From Candidatus Krumholzibacteriia bacterium (lineage in GTDB: Bacteria > Krumholzibacteriota > Krumholzibacteriia > LZORAL124-64-63): a stretch of DNA of 64,000 bases. This document shows, in pieces, positions 49,510-59,970 of the stretch. Under the pieces are notes generated by a model. That model saw nothing but the letters and a program-made list of their open reading frames with translations. It was not told the origin of the DNA and did no database searches. The position numbers and the translations under genes were made by a program. Position 1 is the stretch's first letter; each line of letters starts with the position of its first letter. The DNA is taken from the NCBI GenBank assembly GCA_050174015.1, contig JBFXKG010000004.1, positions 100,957 through 164,956 of the forward strand, written 5' to 3'.

Positions 49510-50640
49510 ATGAACCCTTCATCGACCGGACCCGGCCGCATCGCGGGCGTCGACGCCCTGCGCGGTGCGACCATGGCCGCCATGATCGTCGTGAACAACC
49601 CGGGCTCGTGGAGCGCCATGTATCCCTGGCTGCAGCACGCCTCCTGGGGCGGTCCGATCGCTCCCGCCGATCTCATCTTCCCCACGTTCCTGTTCCTGGT
49701 CGGGGCGGCCACACCCCTGGCCATGGGTCGCGGTCTCGAGGCCGGCCTCCCACGGGGAGCCCTGCTGCGCAAGGCCGCCCGCCGCTCGGCCGAGCTGTTC
49801 CTGATCGGGGTGTTCCTGAACCTCTATCCCGATTTCTCGTTGACCACCCTGCGGATCCCGGGGGTCCTGCAGCGCATCGCCGTGGTATTCCTTGCCTGCG
49901 CCTGCGCCTTCCTGTACCTCGGTCGGCGCAGGATCCTCCTGCTGGCCGTCGCCCTGGTCGGCGGGTACACCCTGGCGCTGGCGCTGATCCCGGTGCCCGG
50001 CCCCGGCGGGCCGGTCATCACCGAATCGGTCAGCCTGCCGGTCTGGCTGGACGACCGGATCCTCGGCGCGCACACCTGGCGGGGACCGGGCGACCCCGAA
50101 GGCATCCTGTCCACCTTCCCCGCGGTGGTCACCGGCCTGATCGGCGTCCTGGCGGGATCGGCCCTGCGGCGCCGGCCGCGGCCGGGATCCGCCTCCCTGG
50201 GGCTCGCCCTGGCGGGGGCGGCCCTGCTGGCGGGGGGCGCCCTGGCGTCCACCCTGCAATCCCCCATCAAGGAACTGTGGAACGCACCTTACGTCCTGCT
50301 GACCGGTGGCTGGGCCCTGGTGGCCACGGGGGCCTGCCTTCAGGTCGTCGATGGTCTGGGATGGCGACCGGGGCTGGGCCCGGTTCTCATCCTCGGCCGG
50401 CACGCCCTCAGCGCCTTCGTGGCCGCGCACCTGCTGTCCGATACCGCCATCTCGGTGATCCGCTGGTCCGACGGAGCGGGCGGGACGATGTCGCTGCATC
50501 ACTTCTTCAGGAGTATCCTGTTTACCAGCTGGCTGCCGCCCGAGGCGGCTTCGCTGGCCCAGTCGGTCGCGATGCTCGCCGTGATCACCGCGGGCCTGGC
50601 AATCTTCCGGGTTCTGTCGAGCCGAAGGAGTCCCGCGTGA
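49510..50640 (+). CDS. DUF1624/DUF5009 membrane acyltransferase (heparan-alpha-glucosaminide N-acetyltransferase-like)
   Basis: Start trimmed to MNPSSTGPGRIAGVDALRGATMAAMIVVNNPGSW; about 10 TM helices; 376 aa. Confidence 0.6.
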   Translation: MNPSSTGPGRIAGVDALRGATMAAMIVVNNPGSWSAMYPWLQHASWGGPIAPADLIFPTFLFLVGAATPLAMGRGLEAGLPRGALLRKAARRSAELFLIGVFLNLYPDFSLTTLRIPGVLQRIAVVFLACACAFLYLGRRRILLLAVALVGGYTLALALIPVPGPGGPVITESVSLPVWLDDRILGAHTWRGPGDPEGILSTFPAVVTGLIGVLAGSALRRRPRPGSASLGLALAGAALLAGGALASTLQSPIKELWNAPYVLLTGGWALVATGACLQVVDGLGWRPGLGPVLILGRHALSAFVAAHLLSDTAISVIRWSDGAGGTMSLHHFFRSILFTSWLPPEAASLAQSVAMLAVITAGLAIFRVLSSRRSPA

Positions 50641-50807
50641 ACATCTACTTCATCCTGTTCATCTCCCTGGTCGTCCTGCTGGTCGTAGGAGCCACGGTGA
50701 TCTCCATCATCATGTCCACCACCGCCGGCACCGAGATGATGGAATCGGCCTGGAGGAAAGCAGGCAAGCCCGGGGCGGACAAGGAGGACGATCCCCCCTC
50801 CGCCTGA
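50637..50807 (+). CDS. putative small membrane protein (56 aa)
   Basis: In-frame GTG at 50637 overlapping the upstream stop, preceded by AAGGAG (gagccgaaggagtcccgcGTG). MNIYFILFISLVVLLVVGATVISIIM..., one TM helix. Confidence 0.35.
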   Translation: MNIYFILFISLVVLLVVGATVISIIMSTTAGTEMMESAWRKAGKPGADKEDDPPSA

Positions 50808-50902
50808 TTCCGCCTATCCCCACCGGCCGATCCCGCCTATAATCCGCCCGCTCACTCTGCTGAGACCACCGCGCCCCCCGGGGGCCGAGCACGGGCGGAA
50901 CC

Positions 50903-52816
50903 ATGGGCAAGTTCTCCATCAACAACTTCACGGCGCTCGACGTCTTCTGGGCGGTCGCCTTCCTCCTGCTGATGGTCGGCGGCGCGGCCTTCTTCTACCG
51001 GCTGGCGCGGCGCAGCGAGAGTGACTTCTTCCTGGCGGGAAGGGGCCTGCCCTGGTGGCTGCCGGCCTCGTCGGTCTTCTCGACCCACACCGCCACCGAC
51101 ACGCCCATGTGGATCACCGGGGTGATCTACGCCAACGGGTTGCGCGGCCTGTGGTACACCTTCTTCACCGCCTGGACGGCCATCGGCGCCTTCGTCTCGG
51201 CGCGCATCTTCCGCCGCTCGCTGGCCTACACCCAGGCCGAGTGGCAGACCCAGCGCTTCGGCGGCCTGGGCGCCGAGATGCTGCGTGGCTGGATGGCGGG
51301 CTGGCAGGTGTTCATGAACATGTTCATCCTCGGCTGGGTGGGCATCGCCATGGGCAAGGTCTGCGCCCTGGCCTTCGGCTGGCCGGTGTGGGTGGGGCTG
51401 GTCATTCCCAGCGTGATCACCGCCTTCTACACCCTGGCCGCCGGCTACTGGGGCGTGGTCATGGGCGACTTCCTGCAGGGCATCGTCGCCGTGTTCGCCA
51501 TCGTGCTGGTCTCGCTGGTGGGGGTGGCTGCGGCCGGAGGACCCGCCGAGGTCACCGCCCGCATCACCGAGCTCGGGCATAGCTGGCGGCTGGACGCCTT
51601 CGCGTTCACCGGCTGGCTGAACGGGGACTTCCCCATCGTCTGGTGGCTCACGATGCTGGTGATCGCGGTGATCGGCGGCTTCGGCATGGGCACCAGCATC
51701 GACTGGTACGTCGAGGCCCAGCGCATCCAGTCGGCGAAGACCGTGCGCGACGCCACCTACGGCCTGTGGGCCGGCGGCGCGGTCACCCTGGTGCGCAACG
51801 GGTTCTGGGCCGCGGGCATCCTCGCCTTCTTCGCCATGCTGCCGGACATCGCCGACCAGGCGGAGTACGAGCTGGGCTGGTTCCGCCTGGGCTTCGAGCT
51901 GCTGCCCGCCGGCCTGGTGGGCGTGTTCTTCGGGGCCATCCTCGCCATCCACCTGTCGACCATCAGCAGCCACCTGAACCTGGGCGCGCTGTACTTCACC
52001 CGCGACATCTACCAGCGGTACATCAAGCCGGATGCGAGCGAATCGCGCCTGGTGTGGATGGGCCGCGCGGCCACCTTCGTGCTGCTGATCGGCTCGTTCT
52101 TCTACGGCCTGATGATGCAGGAGATCACCAAGTGGCTGATCTTCGCGCTGTGGCTGATGATGGCCGGCATCTGGCTGCCCAACATCCTGCAGGTGGTGTG
52201 GTGGAGGTTCAACGCCTGGGGCTACCTGGCCGGCTGGATGGCCAACCTGGGCGTCTCGTGGCTGGTGGTGTGGATCCTGCCCGCGTTCGGGGTGATCCCC
52301 AAGCTGCCCGACCACTTGAACTTCTGGCTGCTGATGGCCCTGGGCGCGGTGATCTTCATCCCCGTGACCCTGGGCACGAAGCCCGAGAAGATGGACCGTC
52401 TCGTGCGCTACTACGTGATGACCCGGCCCATCGGCTGGTGGGGACCGGTGCACCGTGAAGCCGTCAGGCGCGGGCTGATCCCCGAGACCGTCCCGGCCAA
52501 GGATGCGGGGCCGCGGCCGCTGATCCGCCGGGAGTGGACCCCCGAGCAGGCCGACGCCTGGACCCGCGAGGACTGGCTGGTGGTCGTCCTGTCGCCCCTG
52601 GCCATGGCAGGCCTGATGATCGGGGTCACCAAGTCCCTGCTCCTGCAGCCGGGCGGACTGCTGGTGCTGATCTCCGCGATCGCCTGCATCTTCCTGATCT
52701 ACTGGATCATCGATCCCAAGCTGAGGGCGGTCTCGCAGGAATACGAATCCCAGCAGGCGAGCTACGTCGAGCAGCTCGAACAGCGCCTGCGCTGGCAGGA
52801 CGAAGGGGGGCGCTGA
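50903..52816 (+). CDS. sodium:solute symporter family (SSF/SSS) transporter
   Basis: 637 aa, about 13-14 TM helices, SSF-type N-terminal region (LAGRGLPWWL). Confidence 0.85.
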   Translation: MGKFSINNFTALDVFWAVAFLLLMVGGAAFFYRLARRSESDFFLAGRGLPWWLPASSVFSTHTATDTPMWITGVIYANGLRGLWYTFFTAWTAIGAFVSARIFRRSLAYTQAEWQTQRFGGLGAEMLRGWMAGWQVFMNMFILGWVGIAMGKVCALAFGWPVWVGLVIPSVITAFYTLAAGYWGVVMGDFLQGIVAVFAIVLVSLVGVAAAGGPAEVTARITELGHSWRLDAFAFTGWLNGDFPIVWWLTMLVIAVIGGFGMGTSIDWYVEAQRIQSAKTVRDATYGLWAGGAVTLVRNGFWAAGILAFFAMLPDIADQAEYELGWFRLGFELLPAGLVGVFFGAILAIHLSTISSHLNLGALYFTRDIYQRYIKPDASESRLVWMGRAATFVLLIGSFFYGLMMQEITKWLIFALWLMMAGIWLPNILQVVWWRFNAWGYLAGWMANLGVSWLVVWILPAFGVIPKLPDHLNFWLLMALGAVIFIPVTLGTKPEKMDRLVRYYVMTRPIGWWGPVHREAVRRGLIPETVPAKDAGPRPLIRREWTPEQADAWTREDWLVVVLSPLAMAGLMIGVTKSLLLQPGGLLVLISAIACIFLIYWIIDPKLRAVSQEYESQQASYVEQLEQRLRWQDEGGR

Positions 52817-52936
52817 CATGGACAAGGGGTTGGTCACGCTCATCGGCATGAGCATCGCGTACGTGGCGTCGTTCCTGGGCCTGGGCCTGGCCTGGTGGAG
52901 CTGGCGCAAGCATCACCGGAAGGACGAAAGACGATG
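52817..52936 (+). CDS. putative small membrane peptide (39 aa) coupled to the SSS transporter
   Basis: ATG immediately after the transporter stop (TGACATGG). MDKGLVTLIGMSIAYVASFLGLGLAWWSWRKHHRKDERR. Below the 60-aa ORF-track threshold; found by manual translation. Confidence 0.3.
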
Positions 52937-53070
52937 AACGGACCGTTGCCCGCCGCCTCGCCCATCAGCGGATTCTTCTGGACCTGGATCGTCCCGGTGG
53001 CCCTGTTCACGCTGACCGCGGTGGCGACCTGGATGCTCTACCGGAACTTCTCCCGCAAGGGGCCCGACTA
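52933..53070 (+). CDS. putative small membrane peptide (45 aa)
   Basis: ATGA overlap with the previous peptide. MNGPLPAASPISGFFWTWIVPVALFTLTAVATWMLYRNFSRKGPD. Confidence 0.3.
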
Positions 53071-53081
53071 GTCACGCCCCT

Positions 53082-54566
53082 TCAACCGGCCGGTTTCGGA
53101 TCCGCACCGGCGGCGCCGGTGGGACCGCGCCGCCGCTCGAGTTCCATGCGGACCTCGTACGCCTTCTCCTCCGTGATGGGGAAGCGCAGCACGGCCCAGA
53201 GGGCCAGGATCGAGGTCACGATGGGCACCCCCGCGTCGCAGAGCCGCATCAGGATGATCGATCGGGCCGTCTGCCCGGCGCCCAGTTCGACGTCGAATCC
53301 CGTGGCGTTCAGCAGGTAGCCCCCGCCCACCAGGGCCGCCGACAACCCCAGCTTCACCATGAACCAGAAGATCGAGCCGAACATGCCCTCGCGGCGCTGG
53401 TGCGTCTTGAGCTCGTCGGTGTCCACGACGTCGGCGATCATGGACGGCATCAGGGTGAACAGGCCGCCCAGGCTGAAGGCCAGCAGGGGAGCCGGAAGGA
53501 TCACCATCCAGGGGATCTCCGGATTGTAGCAGACCCACTTGAGGGCGTAGCCGATGATCGCGACTCCGGTGGAAACGAAGAAGGCCTTGCGCTTCCCGAT
53601 CTTCGTGGCCAGCCAGGTGACGAAGGCCACCACCGCGAAGGTGGACACCCCGCCCACGGTGCCGGCAAGCCCGGCGTACTTGGCGCCCAGGGCCTGGTCC
53701 CCCTGCGCGACGTAGTAGATGATCACGTAGTACTGGAACGACGAGACCAGGATGAAACCGTTGAAGACCAGGAAGGTCGCGGCGCAGAGCTTCAGGAACG
53801 GCCCTGAATTGAGGGTCATCCCGAATCCCGTGAAGAACTCCTTGATCTTTCCGGACAGCGTTCCCCGCAATCCGCCCTCCGCCGCGGCCACCTTCAGCAT
53901 CCGCTCGCGCAGGAAGATCGCCGGCAGCACTCCCAGGCCGATGGCCACCACCGCCAGCACGACCGCCAGCCCCTTGGCTCCGGCGATCTGATCGGGTTCT
54001 CCGGCGGCATCCCGGAAGAAGTATCCCGAGTTCATGATCCACAGGAACCACGGCGAAACCACGTAGGCCAGCTGCGACACGAAGTTCTGCGTGCCCATCA
54101 GCCGCGTGCGCTCGTGGTAGTCGGGCGTCAGCTCGTAACCGAGGGCCACCCAGGGCGTGCAGAAGATGGTGAACCCTATGTAGAAGAGGATCGAGAAGAC
54201 CAAAAACCAGGCGTAGATGGTCTTCTGGCCCCAGCTGGGATCGAAGCTCCACAGCAGGACGAAGCAGATGGCGGAGATGAAGGCCCCCGCGAAGATGAAC
54301 GGGCGGCGGCGGCCCCAGCGGGTCCGGGCCCCGTCGGAGATGAATCCCATCAGTGGATCGGTGATGGTGTCCGTGATGCGGGGCCAGAAGCCCAGCCAAC
54401 CGATGAGCACCGGGTTCATGCCCAGTCCCAGGTTCAGGACGATCATCATCCCGCCGCTCGCGGCCGACAGGAGGTTGTTGACGAACGCCCCGGCGCCGTA
54501 CGCCAGCCGCTGGGGGATGGCGACGCGGTCTTCCGGCCTGGTTGCGTGGTGGGTGGACTCGCTCAT
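53082..54566 (-). CDS. MFS transporter, glycoside-pentoside-hexuronide (GPH, MelB-like):cation symporter family
   Basis: 494 aa, 12 TM helices; GPH signature region (GFISDGARTRWGRRRPFIFAG). Confidence 0.8.
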   Translation of the reverse strand: MSESTHHATRPEDRVAIPQRLAYGAGAFVNNLLSAASGGMMIVLNLGLGMNPVLIGWLGFWPRITDTITDPLMGFISDGARTRWGRRRPFIFAGAFISAICFVLLWSFDPSWGQKTIYAWFLVFSILFYIGFTIFCTPWVALGYELTPDYHERTRLMGTQNFVSQLAYVVSPWFLWIMNSGYFFRDAAGEPDQIAGAKGLAVVLAVVAIGLGVLPAIFLRERMLKVAAAEGGLRGTLSGKIKEFFTGFGMTLNSGPFLKLCAATFLVFNGFILVSSFQYYVIIYYVAQGDQALGAKYAGLAGTVGGVSTFAVVAFVTWLATKIGKRKAFFVSTGVAIIGYALKWVCYNPEIPWMVILPAPLLAFSLGGLFTLMPSMIADVVDTDELKTHQRREGMFGSIFWFMVKLGLSAALVGGGYLLNATGFDVELGAGQTARSIILMRLCDAGVPIVTSILALWAVLRFPITEEKAYEVRMELERRRGPTGAAGADPKPAG

Positions 54567-54787
54567 GGGGTCATCTCGTCATCACGCTCCAGGGAAGAAG
54601 GCGGCGTCCCGGTTCGGGGGGCTTTGTACGAATATCGAACAAAGTATCATGACCTCCGCAGGATGGTCAACCGCATTCTGGGTTTCTCTGGATTCGGAGG
54701 CAACTGCGATCCCGGGTTTGTCCTCGCCACCTGGCGCGTGACCTTTCATAATGGAGCCTGGACCATCCGACCTGGAAGGACGGCTTC

Positions 54788-57679
54788 ATGAAACAGGCAT
54801 TGATCATCCTCGCGGTCACGATCGCCGCCTTCCCCAGCTGGGCCTCGCTCGTCGACCGCGTCGACCCCTTCATCGGCACCGGCGGCCACGGCCACACCTT
54901 CCCCGGCCCCACCCTGCCGTTCGGGATGGTGCAGCTCTCCCCCGACACCCGCCTCGAAGGCTGGGACGGCTGCTCGGGCTACCACTTCTCCGACACGGCC
55001 GTCTTCGGCTTCAGCCACACCCACCTGAGCGGCACCGGGGTCGGCGACTACGGCGACATCCTCCTGATGCCCGTGACCGGCGAACCCCGGCTGGACAACG
55101 GCTATCCCGACCGGGTGGACGAGGGCTACGGTTCGCGCTTCCTCAAGGAAACCGAGCGTGCCGAGGCCGGCTGGTACGCCGTCCATCTCGACGACTACGG
55201 CATCGACGTCGAGCTGACCGCCACCCCTCGCACCGGCCTGCACCGCTACGTGTTTCCCGCCGGCGAGCCCGCCCACGTCATCATCGACCTCACCCACCGC
55301 GACGAGCTGCTCGACGTCGATCTGACCGTCCCCGACGACAGGACAGTCGCCGGCTTCCGCCGCTCCGCGGCCTGGGCCCGCGACCAGATGGTCCACTTCC
55401 GGGCTGCGTTCTCGCGGCCGTTCAACGCGTCGAAGATCATCACCGACGACATCGGCAGGCCGCTCAAGGCGGTGCTGTCCTTCGGCGACCAGGGCGGCGA
55501 CCTGCTGGTCCAGGTCGGGATCTCGGCGGTCGACGACGCCGGCGCCCGCGGCAACCTCGAAGCCGAGTGGGCCGACTTCGACTTCGCCGCGACCCGCGCC
55601 AAGGCCCGCGCCGCCTGGTCCGCCGTCCTGGACCGCTTCGAGGTCACCGGCGCCGACGATGCCGACCTGACCGTCCTGGCCACAGCCCTCTACCACAGCT
55701 TCATCGCCCCCAACCTGTTCAGCGACGCCGACGGCCGGTACCGCGGCATGGACCTCGCCACTCACACCGCCGAGGGTCGCAACCAGTACACCGTGTTCTC
55801 CCTGTGGGACACCTACCGCGCCACCCATCCCCTGTTCACCCTGGTCGAGCGCGGCCGCACGCAGGACTTCGTCGCCACCATGATGGCCCAGTACGACCAG
55901 GGCGGCCGCCTCCCCGTGTGGGAGCTGGCCGCCAACGAGACGGACTGCATGATCGGCTACCACAGCGTCTCGGTCATCGCCGACGCCTATCTCAAGGGCA
56001 TCGTGACCGGCGGCGAGGATCACGCCCTGGACGCCATGATCGACATCGCGAAGCGGGATCACTTCGGCCTCGACGCCTACAAGCGCGACGGATTCATCTC
56101 CGCCGACCTCGAGTCCGAGTCGGTGAGCAAGACCCTCGAGTACGCCTACGACGATCTCTGCATCGCCCGCATGGCCGCCATGACCGGCCGGATGGATGCG
56201 TTCGACGAGTTCAGCCGGCGGTCCCTGGCCTGGCGACACCTGTATGATCCGGCCACCGGTTGCTTCCGTCCCCGCATCAACGGCCAGTGGCTGAAACCCT
56301 ACGATCCCCGCCGGGTCGACAACCACCATACCGAGGCCAACGGGTGGCAGTACCGCTTCGCCGCGCCCCACGACCTGCAGGCCCACATCCAGGTCTGCGG
56401 CGGCGACGGACCCTTCCTCGCAGCCCTCGATTCATTGTTCAGCGTCGTGAGCGCGACCACCGGCCGCGACCAGCCCGACATCACCGGCCGCATCGGCCAG
56501 TACGCCCACGGCAACGAACCCAGCCATCACGTGGGCTGGCTCTACCACGGGGCCGGAAGGCCTCAGAAGAGCGCCGACCGCATCGCTCACATCCTCGACG
56601 AGTTCTACACCCCCCTGCCCGACGGCCTGATCGGCAACGAGGACTGCGGGCAGATGTCCAGCTGGTACGTCCTGGCCGCCTACGGCCTGTACGACATCGC
56701 GCCCTCCTCCCGTCAATGGCTGGTCATCCCGCCCCGGCACGAGCGCATGTCCATGCGGTTCGAAAACGGCGCCGTCTTCACCACCCGGCGCGTAGGGACC
56801 GGCGCCGTCGAGAGCGTCACCTGGAACGGGAAGCCCCTTTCGCGCAGCTTCCTCTGGCACCACGAGGTGGTCGATGGGGGCGAGCTCGTCTTCCAGCTCG
56901 GCGAGGAAGGCGAGTGGGGCAAGGCCCTCGAGGACCGTCCGCCCAGCAGCGCCCGCCTGGGCGACGTCATTCCCGCCCCCTGGGCCGATGCGCCGGCCCA
57001 GCGCTTCCGGGGACGCCTGAAGATCGCCCTGGGGGTGGACGACCCCCGGGCCGAGATCCGCTGGACCGATGACCCCCAGGTCGATCCGCACCTGGGCGCG
57101 GTCTACGACAAGGCCATCACCATCGCCGCCACCACCACCCTGCGCTTCGTCGCCATGAAACATCCGCAGGAGCCCAGTCCGGTCGTCGCCGCCACCTTCA
57201 CGGCCCTTCCCGAAGACTGGTCGGTGACCCTGGGCGCCGAACCCAATCCGCAGTACACCGCCGGCGGCCCGGACGCCCTGATCGACGGGGTGCGCGGACC
57301 CGAGGACTGGCGCCGCGGCGGATGGCACGGCTACGAGGGGCAGGACTTCCTGGCCACGCTGGATCTTGGCGGGCCGACTCCCCTGCGACGGGTTGGCGCT
57401 TCCTTCCTGCAGGACGTGCGCTCGTGGATCGTGATGCCGCGGGAATTGCTGGTCGAAACCTCCCGGGACGGGAGAACGTTCAGTCCCGCCGGCCGGGTCG
57501 CTCCCGACGTGGCGGTCGAGGACTACGGCGTCATCATGCGCGACCTGACGGTGGAACTCGACGGCGCCCCGGTCCGGACCCTCCGTTTCACTGCGACCGG
57601 ATCCGGACCCATGCCGCCGTGGCACCCCGGCGCCGGCGGCGCATCCTTCATCTTCGTCGACGAGCTGATCGTCGAATGA
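54788..57679 (+). CDS. glycoside hydrolase family 92 (alpha-1,2-mannosidase-like) with C-terminal F5/8-type-C/discoidin-like domain
   Basis: Signal peptide; GH92 N- and C-domain motifs (DRVDPFIGTGGHGHTFPGPTLPFGMVQLSPDT ... HGNEPSHH ... GNEDCGQMSSWYV); about 200-aa C-terminal extra domain. Confidence 0.85.
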   Translation: MKQALIILAVTIAAFPSWASLVDRVDPFIGTGGHGHTFPGPTLPFGMVQLSPDTRLEGWDGCSGYHFSDTAVFGFSHTHLSGTGVGDYGDILLMPVTGEPRLDNGYPDRVDEGYGSRFLKETERAEAGWYAVHLDDYGIDVELTATPRTGLHRYVFPAGEPAHVIIDLTHRDELLDVDLTVPDDRTVAGFRRSAAWARDQMVHFRAAFSRPFNASKIITDDIGRPLKAVLSFGDQGGDLLVQVGISAVDDAGARGNLEAEWADFDFAATRAKARAAWSAVLDRFEVTGADDADLTVLATALYHSFIAPNLFSDADGRYRGMDLATHTAEGRNQYTVFSLWDTYRATHPLFTLVERGRTQDFVATMMAQYDQGGRLPVWELAANETDCMIGYHSVSVIADAYLKGIVTGGEDHALDAMIDIAKRDHFGLDAYKRDGFISADLESESVSKTLEYAYDDLCIARMAAMTGRMDAFDEFSRRSLAWRHLYDPATGCFRPRINGQWLKPYDPRRVDNHHTEANGWQYRFAAPHDLQAHIQVCGGDGPFLAALDSLFSVVSATTGRDQPDITGRIGQYAHGNEPSHHVGWLYHGAGRPQKSADRIAHILDEFYTPLPDGLIGNEDCGQMSSWYVLAAYGLYDIAPSSRQWLVIPPRHERMSMRFENGAVFTTRRVGTGAVESVTWNGKPLSRSFLWHHEVVDGGELVFQLGEEGEWGKALEDRPPSSARLGDVIPAPWADAPAQRFRGRLKIALGVDDPRAEIRWTDDPQVDPHLGAVYDKAITIAATTTLRFVAMKHPQEPSPVVAATFTALPEDWSVTLGAEPNPQYTAGGPDALIDGVRGPEDWRRGGWHGYEGQDFLATLDLGGPTPLRRVGASFLQDVRSWIVMPRELLVETSRDGRTFSPAGRVAPDVAVEDYGVIMRDLTVELDGAPVRTLRFTATGSGPMPPWHPGAGGASFIFVDELIVE

Positions 57680-57696
57680 CCCGGGTCGAGGTGCGT

Positions 57697-59970
57697 ATGA
57701 GATCCGTCATCCTGGCACTGGCCGTCGCCCTGGCGGCCCCCGGTCCGCAGGCGTCCGCCGCCGGGGACCTCGCCCGCCACGTCGATCCCCTGGTCGGCAC
57801 CCGCAACATGGGCCACACCTTTCCCGGAGCCGTCGTGCCCTTCGGTCTGGTCCAGCTCAGCCCGGACACCCGGCACCTGTCCATGTACGACGCAGAGGGC
57901 AAGTACGTCCCCGAGGTCTACCGCTACTGCGCCGGCTACCAGTACGAGGACAGCACCATCGTCGGGTTCAGCCACACGCACTTCAGCGGCACCGGGCACT
58001 CCGACCTGGGCGACGTCTCCCTGCTGCCGGTGATGGGAGACGTGGACCTGGACGCCGGTCCCTCCGCGCGGTTCGATCACGCCACCGAGACGGCCGAACC
58101 CGGCTTCTACCTCGTCCGCCTGGAAGACCCGGGCATCACCGCCGAACTGACCGCCACCACCCGCACCGGCTGGCACCGCTACACCTTCGACCAGGCAGGC
58201 GAAGCCCACGTGGTCCTCGACCTCGTGGCCAACATCTACGACCACGACGACAAGAACGTCTGGACCTTCGTCCGCGTGGAGAACGACACCCTGGTCACCG
58301 GCTACCGCATCACCACCGGCTGGGCCCGCACCCGTACCGTGTACTTCGCCATCGCCTTCGACCGCCCGATCTCGAGCTATGGCCACCGGCGCCTGGACCC
58401 CACCCCCTACCGCGGGTTCTACCGGCGCTTCGACCAGGAGCACGACTTCCCCGAGATGGCCGGCCGCGACCTGCGGGCGCAGTTCGCCTTCCCCGTCCAG
58501 GCCGGGGACCGGCTCACCGTCAAGGTCGCGCTCTCCGGGGTCAGCACTGCGGGCGCTCTTGCCAACCTCGCCGCCGAAGCCCCCGGCTGGGACTTCGACC
58601 AGGTCCGCGCGGCCGCGCGAGCGGCCTGGAACCGGGAACTGGGCCGCATCGAGGCTGTCACCACCACTTCCGACCAGGCCTCCATCTTCTACACGGCCCT
58701 GTACCACACCATGCTGGGTCCGGTGGTCTACGAGGACATCGACGGCAGTTACCGCGGCCTCGACCAGAACGTCCACGTCTCCGACGGTTTCACCAACTAC
58801 ACGGTCTTCTCCCTGTGGGACACCTACCGGGCCCTGCATCCTCTGTTCAACCTGCTCCAGCCGGCGCGCAACGCCGACATGATCGCTAGCATGCTCGCGC
58901 ACTTCGACCAGAGCGTTCACCCCATGCTGCCGGTGTGGAGCCATCACGCCAACGAGAACTGGTGCATGATCGGTTACCACAGCGTGTCGGTGATCGCCGA
59001 TGCCGCGGTCAAGGGCGTGGGGGGATTCGACCTCGGCCGCGCGCTGAAGGCCTGCGCGACCACCGCCTCGGTGCCCTCCTTCGACGGGGTGGGCGAGATG
59101 ATGGAGCTGGGTTACGTGCCCGATGAGGCGACCGGATCCTCGGTGAGCGTGACCCTGGAACTGGCCTACGACGACTGGTGCATCGCGCAGCTGGCCCGCC
59201 TGGCCGGTGACCGCGGAACGGAGCAGCGGTTCCAGGCGCGGTCCCGCAACTTCGCGAACGTCTTCGATCCGGACATCGGCTTCATGCGGCCCCGCCTGCG
59301 TGACGGTTCATGGCGCGAGGACTTCGACACCATGGCGACCCACGGCCAGGGCTTCATCGAGGGCAACGCCTGGAACTACGGGCTGTACGTCCCCCACGAC
59401 GTGCCCGCCCTGGTGACCATGATGGGCGGCCCCGGACGTCTCGGCGCCCACCTCGACCGGCTGTTCACCATGGAGCTCGGCGACGAGCACATTGCCCACA
59501 CCGAGGACATCACCCGCGACGGGATCATCGGGAACTACGTCCACGGCAACGAACCGGGCCACCACATCGCCTACCTTTACAACTGGACCGACCGGCCCTG
59601 GCGGACCCAGGAGCGGGTGCGCATGATCCTGGACACCATGTACGGGACGGGTCCGTCCGGCCTGTGCGGCAACGACGACCTGGGCCAGATGTCCGCCTGG
59701 TACGTCTTCAGCGCCCTGGGATTCTACCCGGTGTGCCCCGGGTCGCCCGAGTACGCCCTGGGCAGCCCGCTGGTCGAACGCGCGGACGTGCACCTGGAGA
59801 ACGGCCGCACCCTGACCGTCGTCGCGCACGATCAGGGTCCGGAAAACGTCTACGTGCAGAAGGTGGAAGTGGACGGCAAGCGGATCGAACGCCGCTACCT
59901 GACCCACGAGGAGCTGATCGCCGGGAGCCGCATCGAGTTCTTCATGGGCCCGGAGCCCGCGGGACGTTGA
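57697..59970 (+). CDS. glycoside hydrolase family 92 (alpha-1,2-mannosidase-like), second paralogue
   Basis: Start at MRSVILALAVALAAPGPQASAAG (57697); alternative ATG at 57676 overlaps the upstream stop (ATGA). Same GH92 motifs (HVDPLVGTRNMGHTFPGAVVPFGLVQLSPDT ... HGNEPGHH ... GNDDLGQMSAWYV). Confidence 0.85.
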   Translation: MRSVILALAVALAAPGPQASAAGDLARHVDPLVGTRNMGHTFPGAVVPFGLVQLSPDTRHLSMYDAEGKYVPEVYRYCAGYQYEDSTIVGFSHTHFSGTGHSDLGDVSLLPVMGDVDLDAGPSARFDHATETAEPGFYLVRLEDPGITAELTATTRTGWHRYTFDQAGEAHVVLDLVANIYDHDDKNVWTFVRVENDTLVTGYRITTGWARTRTVYFAIAFDRPISSYGHRRLDPTPYRGFYRRFDQEHDFPEMAGRDLRAQFAFPVQAGDRLTVKVALSGVSTAGALANLAAEAPGWDFDQVRAAARAAWNRELGRIEAVTTTSDQASIFYTALYHTMLGPVVYEDIDGSYRGLDQNVHVSDGFTNYTVFSLWDTYRALHPLFNLLQPARNADMIASMLAHFDQSVHPMLPVWSHHANENWCMIGYHSVSVIADAAVKGVGGFDLGRALKACATTASVPSFDGVGEMMELGYVPDEATGSSVSVTLELAYDDWCIAQLARLAGDRGTEQRFQARSRNFANVFDPDIGFMRPRLRDGSWREDFDTMATHGQGFIEGNAWNYGLYVPHDVPALVTMMGGPGRLGAHLDRLFTMELGDEHIAHTEDITRDGIIGNYVHGNEPGHHIAYLYNWTDRPWRTQERVRMILDTMYGTGPSGLCGNDDLGQMSAWYVFSALGFYPVCPGSPEYALGSPLVERADVHLENGRTLTVVAHDQGPENVYVQKVEVDGKRIERRYLTHEELIAGSRIEFFMGPEPAGR

